Of a DNA stretch of 46,334 bases, positions 1 through 7,787 are shown in pieces; position 1 is the stretch's first letter, and every line of letters starts with the position of its first letter. The translations under genes were made by a program, and so were the position numbers. The stretch is from a virus. Lineage: Duplodnaviria; Caudoviricetes. The DNA lies in the IMG/VR virus record IMGVR_UViG_3300020045_000388, positions 1-46,334 of that record; one strand, given 5' to 3'. The notes beneath the pieces are model-generated. The model did not search any database. It saw only the letters and a list, made by a program, of their open reading frames with translations, and was not told where the DNA came from.

Positions 1-1
1 C

Positions 2-139
2 AAGCTGTCATGGGGTAAACAGCTCACCTCACATGAGCATGTGAAGCTGCGCGACAAATTTACTAACAAGTCTCATGGGGGAAAGACTTGCTACTTGTTC
101 CGTTATTCTCTGGAGGATGATTTTAATGAAAATCCTTAA
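2..139 (+). CDS. 3' fragment of a hypothetical protein running in from the window edge
   Basis: Frame 2 is open from the edge (KLSWGKQ...DDFNENP) to TAA at 137-139 and overlaps the next start. Confidence 0.5.
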   Translation, partial: KLSWGKQLTSHEHVKLRDKFTNKSHGGKTCYLFRYSLEDDFNENP

Positions 140-464
140 TGTTTATTATGGCACCAATGCCTATGATTTTGATGCTCATCCCCATCACTATACTACTAAC
201 CCAGCCGCAGATGACAACACTGTGGAATATGCCCTAGAAGTAGCAGAGCAGCATTTACGAGATGGTAAATGTGTGTGGTATTGTGTTCTTGTGACAGAGC
301 TTAATACTCGCACCGGAATGGGGGAAACAAAAACATATTATGGAGGTGTAGCGGAGAAGTCTAAGATTATTCTTAATGCTAAGGCTAAACATGCCCCAAA
401 GCCTCCCTCAGCGCCTCTTAAATGGCCTGCTGATTTTATGAATGCTATTGAGGTTGTTGCATGA
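126..464 (+). CDS. Hypothetical protein
   Basis: ORF 75..464. GGAGG at 112-116 favours ATG 126. The stop overlaps the next ATG (ATGA). Confidence 0.7.
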   Translation: MKILNVYYGTNAYDFDAHPHHYTTNPAADDNTVEYALEVAEQHLRDGKCVWYCVLVTELNTRTGMGETKTYYGGVAEKSKIILNAKAKHAPKPPSAPLKWPADFMNAIEVVA

Positions 465-877
465 TTGTTCAAACATTTCTATCCAAACGTCCTGTTCCTG
501 TTGTGGTTCAGGCTTCTTACAAAACTCCGTGGTTTACCCCACAGGAAACCCAGCAGGCAATGGCACGGAAGATTACACCAGCAGAATTCCTGCGCCGTGA
601 TGAGCTTATCCGCCTTCGTGCTGCTCAATGTCCATACAAAGCAGGGGACACAGTGTTTCCTGTTAGAAAAGAGGACTATCAACAATATGGGGCGTTTGTT
701 GTCTCTGGTGTTCTTAATTCATACAAGGACACCGCAGTTGATTATGAATGGAGCAAGCAAGACAACCCATTAATTGTCACAATCAAGAGCCTGAAAGACA
801 TGAAAACTGTTATGTTCTGTTCTTCTTCATGGCTTGTTAAAACCAACATCCATCTCTCTATGGAAGAAGCTATATGA
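461..877 (+). CDS. Hypothetical protein
   Basis: 138-aa ORF, GAGG upstream, ATGA coupling at both ends. Confidence 0.75.
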   Translation: MIVQTFLSKRPVPVVVQASYKTPWFTPQETQQAMARKITPAEFLRRDELIRLRAAQCPYKAGDTVFPVRKEDYQQYGAFVVSGVLNSYKDTAVDYEWSKQDNPLIVTIKSLKDMKTVMFCSSSWLVKTNIHLSMEEAI

Positions 878-1560
878 AAGAGCTAACCATTGCTTTCTCT
901 CCATATGGTAATGCTGATTCTGTCTATCCCTTTGACGAGCTATTTGCTTATAAGCAGGACGCAGCACAGGTGGGGTTTGACGGCGCTGACGCCTTTCTTT
1001 TGTGGGGAGGAACTGACATTCATCCCTCTTATTACAACCAAAACCCTAACAAGTTTAGTGGTGCTCCCCCGTCTCCCTCTAACCGAGATCAATGGGAATG
1101 GAAGGCTATGCAATATTGCAAAGCTAAGGGCATTCCTATTATTGGTGTTTGTCGTGGGGCTCAGTTTCTTTGTGCTTTTGCGGGAGGTAAGCTCATTCAA
1201 CATTGTGACGGACACAATAATGGACACCACATGGTTTTAGATGTGTATGGTCATTATTACATGGCATCATCTAGCCACCACCAGATGTTAGATGTGCACG
1301 GCACTCAGCATGAGCTTGTTGCTTGGTCTGCACCAGCAAAGAGTTCTTTTTATTATGGAGAAACCAACGAAACACCAAAGCACATAGCAGACGGTCTATC
1401 AGCAGGCACGTTCCGAGAGCCTGAGGTAGTGTTCTTTAACAGCATTAATGCTCTTGCAATTCAGGGCCATCCCGAATGGATGCCTGCCCATGACGTTTTT
1501 GTGGATAAAACCATTAATTATGTCAATGAATATTTGTTTAGTGGTAAGGTTTGGAAATAA
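874..1560 (+). CDS. Class I glutamine amidotransferase-like protein (peptidase C26 / gamma-glutamyl hydrolase family)
   Basis: GGTDIHP, nucleophile elbow GVCRGAQ, SSHHQ, and catalytic QGHPE. Confidence 0.88.
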   Translation: MKELTIAFSPYGNADSVYPFDELFAYKQDAAQVGFDGADAFLLWGGTDIHPSYYNQNPNKFSGAPPSPSNRDQWEWKAMQYCKAKGIPIIGVCRGAQFLCAFAGGKLIQHCDGHNNGHHMVLDVYGHYYMASSSHHQMLDVHGTQHELVAWSAPAKSSFYYGETNETPKHIADGLSAGTFREPEVVFFNSINALAIQGHPEWMPAHDVFVDKTINYVNEYLFSGKVWK

Positions 1561-1578
1561 TTCCTTAAGGAGAAAATC

Positions 1579-2331
1579 ATGCGTTTAGGTACTGACCCAG
1601 AAATCTTGTTGCAAGACAGCAACGGCTCCCCTGTTTCCGTCATAGGCTTGATTAAGGCTGATAAATGGAATCCAATGCAAATCCCAGACATGGCTAAAGG
1701 CTTCACCTTACAAGAGGATAATGTTTCTCTTGAATATGGCATTCCTCCCGCCGCGTCCGCCGATGAGTATGTGCAATATATCCAGAGCGTCATGCAAAAG
1801 AGCTTGGAATATTTGCCCGGTCTTTCTTTCTCAAAGCTCTCTTGCACCATCTACCCTGAAGAACAGATGCAACATCCGTTGGCTTATGTCTTTGGATGCG
1901 AGCCTGATTTTGATGCGTGGACTGGTAAGGTTAACAAGAAGCCCGAGCCTCCTCACCCTTTGATGCGTTCTGCTGGTGGGCACATTCATGTGGAAACAAA
2001 GCGCGACCCTTTGGAAGTTGTCCGTAACATGGACTTGTTCTTAGGTGTTCCTTCTGTTCTTATGGACAAAGGTGAACAGCGTAAGCAGATGTATGGTGGT
2101 GCTGGTGCTCATCGTGTGAAGCCTTATGGCGTGGAATATCGCACCCTCTCAAACTTCTGGATTTTTGAGGAACGGCTCATTCGCTGGGTTTGGAACCAAA
2201 CAGAACGGTCTATCAACAGCCAGCACATCGACGTTATGGCAGAACAGGACTTGATTCTTGAGGCCATTAACAACAATAACAAAGCAGTTGCGCAGGCATT
2301 GGTTAACCAGTATAATTTGGAGGTGATTTAA
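1579..2331 (+). CDS. phiEco32-like COOH-NH2 ligase type 2
   Basis: GTDPE, EDNVSLE, FGCEPDF, RSAGGHIH and YGVEYRTLSNFW motifs. AAGGAG RBS. Confidence 0.88.
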   Translation: MRLGTDPEILLQDSNGSPVSVIGLIKADKWNPMQIPDMAKGFTLQEDNVSLEYGIPPAASADEYVQYIQSVMQKSLEYLPGLSFSKLSCTIYPEEQMQHPLAYVFGCEPDFDAWTGKVNKKPEPPHPLMRSAGGHIHVETKRDPLEVVRNMDLFLGVPSVLMDKGEQRKQMYGGAGAHRVKPYGVEYRTLSNFWIFEERLIRWVWNQTERSINSQHIDVMAEQDLILEAINNNNKAVAQALVNQYNLEVI

Positions 2332-2924
2332 TGCTATTCATTCCTGAAACAGCGGAAGACATTATCCGCTATTACAAAAATACGTTTGTGAAGTTTAAGG
2401 AGACAGGAGACACCCTGTTTTACATTAAACAGGTGAAGGATTCTGTTGTTCATGGTATTTCCCAAGACGGCACTCCCTTTGAACTTTATCTAAGCTCTGC
2501 TCATCCATATGAGGTGGACTATGTCTTGCCTCGTAAGAGCTATTTCCAATATGGCCCGCATGCCTGTTTGTTGCAGCGTGTCCCTGCTAAACAATATCAA
2601 CGAGGAATTTCACAAAACAACGTTTCTCTCAATGCCCTTCGTTCTAATGGGGGACAGGCGGATATGGGCCTTGATTTCTCCATTCTCATGGCCTTTGTGT
2701 CTAAACAGGTGTTTGTAAACCTCGACATGGCGGTAAATTCCACACACACCTCAGTGGTTTTGGCTCCTCGCTTTGCTTTTGTGCCTAGCACACGGAAAGT
2801 TTATGCAGATTTCTTGTGTGTTGGGCAGCTTTTGACAAAAAGAAAGCATCTCAAGTGCTTTCATAACGTCTTTCGTCCAGAGCTAGAAAAACTAGTCCTT
2901 GACACAGAGTATAAAGTGATGTAA
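2331..2924 (+). CDS. Hypothetical protein of the amidoligase cluster
   Basis: 197-aa ORF, TAATG-coupled, between two ligase genes. Confidence 0.75.
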   Translation: MLFIPETAEDIIRYYKNTFVKFKETGDTLFYIKQVKDSVVHGISQDGTPFELYLSSAHPYEVDYVLPRKSYFQYGPHACLLQRVPAKQYQRGISQNNVSLNALRSNGGQADMGLDFSILMAFVSKQVFVNLDMAVNSTHTSVVLAPRFAFVPSTRKVYADFLCVGQLLTKRKHLKCFHNVFRPELEKLVLDTEYKVM

Positions 2925-2925
2925 C

Positions 2926-3693
2926 ATGACTATTGCATACAAATACGGTCTATCAGACTCTCCTTTGAATAACTGCCCGGTGTTTACAGCTGGTGTGGAA
3001 TGTGAAATTGAGAGTGTTAAGAACCCAAATGAGGATTTTGCAGGGTTTTCAGTCACGGAAGACGGCAGTTTGCGCAATAATGGGGTAGAGTTTATCTCTG
3101 AACCGCTGCCTAAGACAGCTTTGCTGGAATGTTTTGACAATTTACATGCAGAAATCCTTTATTATAAGGAGGCAGAAGCCTTTAGCCCACGAACATCCAC
3201 CCATGTGCACATCAATTGTCGTTCTTTGGAACCTTCTCAGGTAAAAAATCTCGTTCTTTTGTATGCCCTGTATGAGGATTTCTTCTTTGCTATGTGTGAG
3301 CAGGGCCGACGAGACAACATTCATTGTGTACCACTGACAGAGACTTATTTGCCTGCTCTTTATGACAAAGACCTTACCATTTTGGTAGATCGGTGGCATA
3401 AATACACAGCCTTGAACATTCTTCCCTTAACTAAGCTGGGAACTGTGGAATTTCGACACTTGCAAGGCACCGCAGATACACAACTATTTCAACAATGGCT
3501 CACAACTTTGGAGAATCTCTGGACAATGGCTCAACGCGAGACAATTTCAGCAGAAACTTTAGCAGACGAAACACTGCTTAAGGCATGGTGGTGTCAACTC
3601 TTTAGCCACAGCCCTCGCATCATGGCACTCTCTCCCTCTTTCAATAACATCATTGCAAACAGTTTGCTTGATGTTAAAATGGCTTTTATCTAA
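2926..3693 (+). CDS. Putative amidoligase (COOH-NH2 ligase fold)
   Basis: GVECEIE, DGSL, EFIS, STHVHIN, KYTALN and TVEFRH motifs. Confidence 0.85.
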   Translation: MTIAYKYGLSDSPLNNCPVFTAGVECEIESVKNPNEDFAGFSVTEDGSLRNNGVEFISEPLPKTALLECFDNLHAEILYYKEAEAFSPRTSTHVHINCRSLEPSQVKNLVLLYALYEDFFFAMCEQGRRDNIHCVPLTETYLPALYDKDLTILVDRWHKYTALNILPLTKLGTVEFRHLQGTADTQLFQQWLTTLENLWTMAQRETISAETLADETLLKAWWCQLFSHSPRIMALSPSFNNIIANSLLDVKMAFI

Positions 3694-3752
3694 GGCGTTC
3701 CAGGCACGGAACGGGTCTATCAACGTCGTTTAATCGACAGAGGAGATATATT

Positions 3753-4988
3753 ATTTGTGGCATCGTCGGGGTAGTTATTAAGGCCAATAATGGTCTTACC
3801 AAGCGTATAGAAGATAGCTTCTATAATTTATTGTTTGTTGACACTTTGCGTGGCGACGACTCAACAGGCATCATTGCCGTGGAGAAAGACACAACCTTTC
3901 ACATCATGAAGGAGGCATCAGAAGCTGCATGGTTTATCCCACAAGCTCAGTATAGCAAAGTAGGTAAGGGTATGTGGACAACAGGAAAGGCCTTAATTGG
4001 ACACAACCGTAAAGGCACTATGGGCAAGGTTGAGGATGAGAACGCTCACCCTTTTGTTGTTGACGATGACTTTGCAATGGTGCATAATGGAACTCTCACT
4101 GGTCATCATAAGCTGGCTGCAACCACGGTAGACAGTGAAGCCCTTGCCATCGTTCTTGCCAAAGCCTTTAAGGAGGAGCATTACAAAGAAGCTTTGGAGG
4201 CTCTGTTGCCCGACGTTAATGGTGCATATGCTGTGTCTATCTACGATCAGCGACATAACAAGGTGCGTCTGTTGCGTAACAAGGAACGACCAATGGCCTA
4301 TGTGGAGACTTCTGACGCATGGTTTTTTGCTAGCGAGGGACTAATGCTACATTGGATTCTTGCTCGTAATGGCTACACTGCACAGGATGTGTCCTCTCTT
4401 AAAACTGTACCGGAAGACACCGTAGTTACCTTTGACTTAGACACCAACACTTGTCTTGAGGAGAAAATAACAATAAAAAAATATACGCCCCCTCTCGCCA
4501 TCACTATGGTGCAGGGTGGGGCTACCCGTACAGCGAAGAAGATTTCCACGGTTACGGAATTTGCTGAGCTATCTAAGACTGCTTTTAAACGTCTGCGTAA
4601 ATCGTTGATGGGTACAAAGCTGGAATGGTGGGTAGACGACTACATTGAGGCAGGGTTTCCTAAAACCTATGATGAAGGGGAGACGGTGTTCAACATCATG
4701 GGCACCGCTAGTAAGATTGATTTTCAGAATACTGTTTTGTCTACCGTAGATATTAACGAGCTTAGGAAAATTCCAGACGATTTGATTGATAGGCTGTGGT
4801 GTGGCGACGTAGTGGAGGTTTCTTACAACACAAGTACCCGTAGCCTGTCTGTCTATGTTACCAATGCTTACCCCTTGCCTGTGTCTTATAAAAAGGTTAA
4901 GAAGGCTCCTGTCCCCGTTGTAATTGATTCCGTCTACATCCAAAGGAAACTCGATGAACAAGAAAAAACTGTCAATTTTATGCACTAA
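3753..4988 (+). CDS. Class II (Ntn) glutamine amidotransferase with inferred AUU start
   Basis: Extending ORF 3831 upstream gives ATT-TGT-GGC-ATC-GTC-GGG = (M)CGIVG, then RGDDSTG, GHNR, HPF, HNGT and DSE. AGGAG lies 7 nt before the ATT. Confidence 0.88.
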   Translation: MCGIVGVVIKANNGLTKRIEDSFYNLLFVDTLRGDDSTGIIAVEKDTTFHIMKEASEAAWFIPQAQYSKVGKGMWTTGKALIGHNRKGTMGKVEDENAHPFVVDDDFAMVHNGTLTGHHKLAATTVDSEALAIVLAKAFKEEHYKEALEALLPDVNGAYAVSIYDQRHNKVRLLRNKERPMAYVETSDAWFFASEGLMLHWILARNGYTAQDVSSLKTVPEDTVVTFDLDTNTCLEEKITIKKYTPPLAITMVQGGATRTAKKISTVTEFAELSKTAFKRLRKSLMGTKLEWWVDDYIEAGFPKTYDEGETVFNIMGTASKIDFQNTVLSTVDINELRKIPDDLIDRLWCGDVVEVSYNTSTRSLSVYVTNAYPLPVSYKKVKKAPVPVVIDSVYIQRKLDEQEKTVNFMH

Positions 4989-5664
4989 TGGTACCCGCAA
5001 AAGCACCAGCCTCAAGGAAATTGCCAAAGGACTATCAACAATTCTAGGGCACAAAGTGCTACGCACAACCAAGCTGTCCTTTAGGCGTAAACAATTCAAG
5101 TATGGACAGGGAGTTGATAAGCTCACGCAATATCAGTGGTTTGTAGATCAAGGTATTCCTGCTTTGGAATTTACAACCGATATCCAAACAGCCCTAACAT
5201 GGTGTATGGAAGGAGGCACCGTTTTTGGACGTAAGTTCTTGAACAGCTCTTGCGGTAAGGGGATTGTTGTGTTTGATAAGGACACCGCGGGAGCATTATG
5301 GGGCTGCCCAGTCTACACCCTCTACAAGAAAAAGAAACGTGAATTTCGTGTTCATGTTTTCAAGGACCAAGTGGTAGCTGTTGTAGAAAAGAAACGTAAA
5401 AAGGAATGGGATGGAACACAAGACACCAAAATCAGGAACCTTGCCAACGGGTACGTCTTCGTTCAAGACGTGGTGGATGAACCGGCAGGCTTACGAGAGC
5501 TGGCGCTCCGAGCAGCTCAGATTAGTCCATCTGACTTTCGAGGAGTGGATGTTGGTTACAACGAAAAGAAAGACGAACTCTTTGTCATCGAAGTAAATTC
5601 AGCGCCGGGCATTCAGGGAAACAACATTGGTAAATATTTGGAGGCTATTGTCAATCATGTTTAA
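4954..5664 (+). CDS. ATP-grasp ligase (RimK-like)
   Basis: DKLTQY, GKGIV, EFRVHV, RNLANG, GVDV and IEVNSAPG motifs. AAGGA RBS before ATG 4954. Confidence 0.85.
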   Translation: MNKKKLSILCTNGTRKSTSLKEIAKGLSTILGHKVLRTTKLSFRRKQFKYGQGVDKLTQYQWFVDQGIPALEFTTDIQTALTWCMEGGTVFGRKFLNSSCGKGIVVFDKDTAGALWGCPVYTLYKKKKREFRVHVFKDQVVAVVEKKRKKEWDGTQDTKIRNLANGYVFVQDVVDEPAGLRELALRAAQISPSDFRGVDVGYNEKKDELFVIEVNSAPGIQGNNIGKYLEAIVNHV

Positions 5665-6355
5665 ATGTAACATCACACACACGAACAAATATTCTGAAAT
5701 GGGACAGCCAAACCCAATGAAATGGCGGCTCATGTTCAAGGAGGCAGACGGTTCTCTGTCTTCTCAAAGCGGTCTTATTGTTTGTAAAGACTTCTTTAAC
5801 GATGTAGTGGCATGGAAACAGACAAAGACAGCCTTTAAAATTTACAACTTTGACAATCAGGTGAAGTTTAATGACGAGGGAATGTATATCATCTTGTCTA
5901 ACATTGCTGACAAGGTAAAATTCACCGAGAACATTCTCAAGGGAATTAACCCTCAGCTACAGGAGGACCTAGGAGTTTCCATCAAGGTCTATCAGCAGGG
6001 TCGTGGACGTGTAGTTGTCTTGCTTCCTCATGAAGTGTGGCAAAGCACTTATCACATCAGCCTTGTGTCCATGCTCATTCGCCTGAGCAATTATGCAGCA
6101 ACATACACCTGCTGGGAGGATTTTTACGCACCGGATGCTCCAATGAACACTATTGAGCATGCCTTTTCTACACAGGCTAAAGAATTTACCCTAAAACATA
6201 GGCTCTCTTTGCCAAAAGAAGTGGCTGGTTGCTGGTATTTCTCTCGTTTTGGGTATACCTCTAAAAGTAAATATGACATAGAGAGCAACATTGTCCACAA
6301 TAACGGGGCTACTGACTGGGCTCGTGCCTATAACGAATTGAAGGAAGAAGAATGA
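5657..6355 (+). CDS. Hypothetical protein
   Basis: Long ORF with GGAGG upstream of ATG 5657, coupled to both neighbours. Confidence 0.75.
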   Translation: MFKCNITHTNKYSEMGQPNPMKWRLMFKEADGSLSSQSGLIVCKDFFNDVVAWKQTKTAFKIYNFDNQVKFNDEGMYIILSNIADKVKFTENILKGINPQLQEDLGVSIKVYQQGRGRVVVLLPHEVWQSTYHISLVSMLIRLSNYAATYTCWEDFYAPDAPMNTIEHAFSTQAKEFTLKHRLSLPKEVAGCWYFSRFGYTSKSKYDIESNIVHNNGATDWARAYNELKEEE

Positions 6356-6525
6356 AGTGCCAAAGCTGCGATAAAATTTTGTCTACACAAGAAGCCACCC
6401 GACGCTTCAAAGAAAGCAACACATTTGTCGATCTCTGTAATAAATGTTTAGCTACAATTGACGACACAATCGAGACAGTTGACAGCAAGAACTTGAATGA
6501 ACATGATTATGATGACGATTATTAA
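6352..6525 (+). CDS. Small zinc-finger protein (57 aa, not in the ORF track)
   Basis: MKCQSCDK...DLCNKC...DYDDDY: two CxxC pairs and an acidic tail. ATGA overlap and AAGGA RBS. Confidence 0.7.
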   Translation: MKCQSCDKILSTQEATRRFKESNTFVDLCNKCLATIDDTIETVDSKNLNEHDYDDDY

Positions 6526-6527
6526 AA

Positions 6528-7352
6528 ATGGGACGCTTTGTAAAACATGAGAGTTGTAGTCGCTGTGGAAGCAGGGACAACCTTGGCCGCTATTCAGATG
6601 GAAGCGCCTTCTGTTTTGGGTGTGGTTATTATGAACGCGGGTCTATCAGCCAATTTGTAAAGGAGAGAGAGCATGGGCAAAGTGAAAACGAAGATGATTA
6701 TGGACGAATTCCACGTGGGGACGGCGAAGGAGTACGACCACGCCTTCCCGATGATGCAAGCAACATTATTCGCGGAGCCGGTAGGGAATGGCTTGCAAAA
6801 TACAACATTACCGCCTTGGAAACACTTAGAGCTGGATGGAAATGGTCAGACAGCTGGGAACAACTTCTTTTCCCCTTCTATGACAGAGGCAAACAACTCT
6901 GCTGCCTCCAAGCCCGAAACTTTAATCCTCAACGCGCAAGCAAAGCCAAGTATTACAACCAAGGAGAGAAAAGCGAGAGCTGGACAATTTACAAACACAC
7001 AAGACCCATTAACGCAAGAGAAGCTGAAGAAAGCTTTAGCGGAGATGGAAGCTTTTTACAAGAACGACCCCGTTCCCTTCTAATTCTCACTGAGGATGCT
7101 GTTTCTAGCCTCGTAGTGGCCCGTACAAGCGACGCAATGCCCCTCCTTGGTACCCACATAGCCAAAGAGAAATTAATGGCTCTAAGGGGCTTCTATGACC
7201 AGCTTGTTGTTTGGCTCGACAGTGACAAATACCGTGAGGCTAGGCAAATTGCTGACCAAGCAAAATTGATAGGGTTTGATGCTCGTGCTGAGTTTACGTC
7301 GCTCGACCCCAAAGATTTGTCTAATGATGAAATTAAGGAGAGATTGAAATGA
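6528..7352 (+). CDS. DNA primase (Zn ribbon plus TOPRIM)
   Basis: CSRCGSRD...FCFGC zinc ribbon, QARN, KYY, and TOPRIM motifs LTED, LLGT and WLDSD. Confidence 0.88.
   Translation: MGRFVKHESCSRCGSRDNLGRYSDGSAFCFGCGYYERGSISQFVKEREHGQSENEDDYGRIPRGDGEGVRPRLPDDASNIIRGAGREWLAKYNITALETLRAGWKWSDSWEQLLFPFYDRGKQLCCLQARNFNPQRASKAKYYNQGEKSESWTIYKHTRPINAREAEESFSGDGSFLQERPRSLLILTEDAVSSLVVARTSDAMPLLGTHIAKEKLMALRGFYDQLVVWLDSDKYREARQIADQAKLIGFDARAEFTSLDPKDLSNDEIKERLK
6673..7083 (+). CDS. Candidate overprinted gene nested in the primase (+1 frame)
   Basis: 136-aa ORF with TAAAGGAG 7 nt before the ATG and a protein-like C-terminal helix (EKLKKALAEMEAFY). Confidence 0.5.
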   Translation: MGKVKTKMIMDEFHVGTAKEYDHAFPMMQATLFAEPVGNGLQNTTLPPWKHLELDGNGQTAGNNFFSPSMTEANNSAASKPETLILNAQAKPSITTKERKARAGQFTNTQDPLTQEKLKKALAEMEAFYKNDPVPF

Positions 7353-7570
7353 ACACACCACTACCAGAGCCTGCGGTCTTAAACACGCACATACCGACAG
7401 GCATAAAAATCTACGGCTACACCGAAGCCCAGATGCACGAGTACGGTGCTGCTGAATACAAGCGTGCGATTGAGGATGCTGCACAAGTGTGTGACGGCCT
7501 TCAAGATGTTCCAGCAACAGAAGCGCGGCACTGCGCACAGGACATCCGTTTACTTGGAGCCGCATCATGA
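7349..7570 (+). CDS. Hypothetical protein
   Basis: AAGGAG RBS, ATGA overlap, 73 aa. Confidence 0.65.
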   Translation: MNTPLPEPAVLNTHIPTGIKIYGYTEAQMHEYGAAEYKRAIEDAAQVCDGLQDVPATEARHCAQDIRLLGAAS

Positions 7571-7698
7571 GCGAAATCTGGATAAGCATGAGGGAGAAGA
7601 AACTGAGCGACACGCTAACGCTGATGACCGATACGCTGACACCATCGACGCAGCCCACAACATCAAGGAGCAGCCATAAAATATATTTTACAAAGGGC

Positions 7699-7728
7699 TT
7701 GACAAACAAGGGCAGAGTATGTTATACT
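7699..7728 (+). promoter_or_regulatory. Sigma70-type promoter upstream of the helicase
   Basis: TTGACA (7699-7704), 18-nt spacer ending in TGn, TATACT (7723-7728). Confidence 0.85.
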
Positions 7729-7735
7729 GAATATA

Positions 7736-7757
7736 TAAGATACTTATAAGTATCTTA
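7736..7757. repeat. Perfect 22-bp palindrome TAAGATACTTATAAGTATCTTA
   Basis: Self-complementary by inspection. It lies at the predicted transcription start in an AT-rich gap. Confidence 0.9.
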
Positions 7758-7787
7758 ATAAGTATTATTGTAATAAGGAGAATATAT

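Noticed and set aside
7446-7749. ORFs 7446..7679 and 7567..7749 as real genes
   Set aside because: One overlaps the upstream gene and the other runs through the promoter and palindrome. They look like remnants and I cannot support either.
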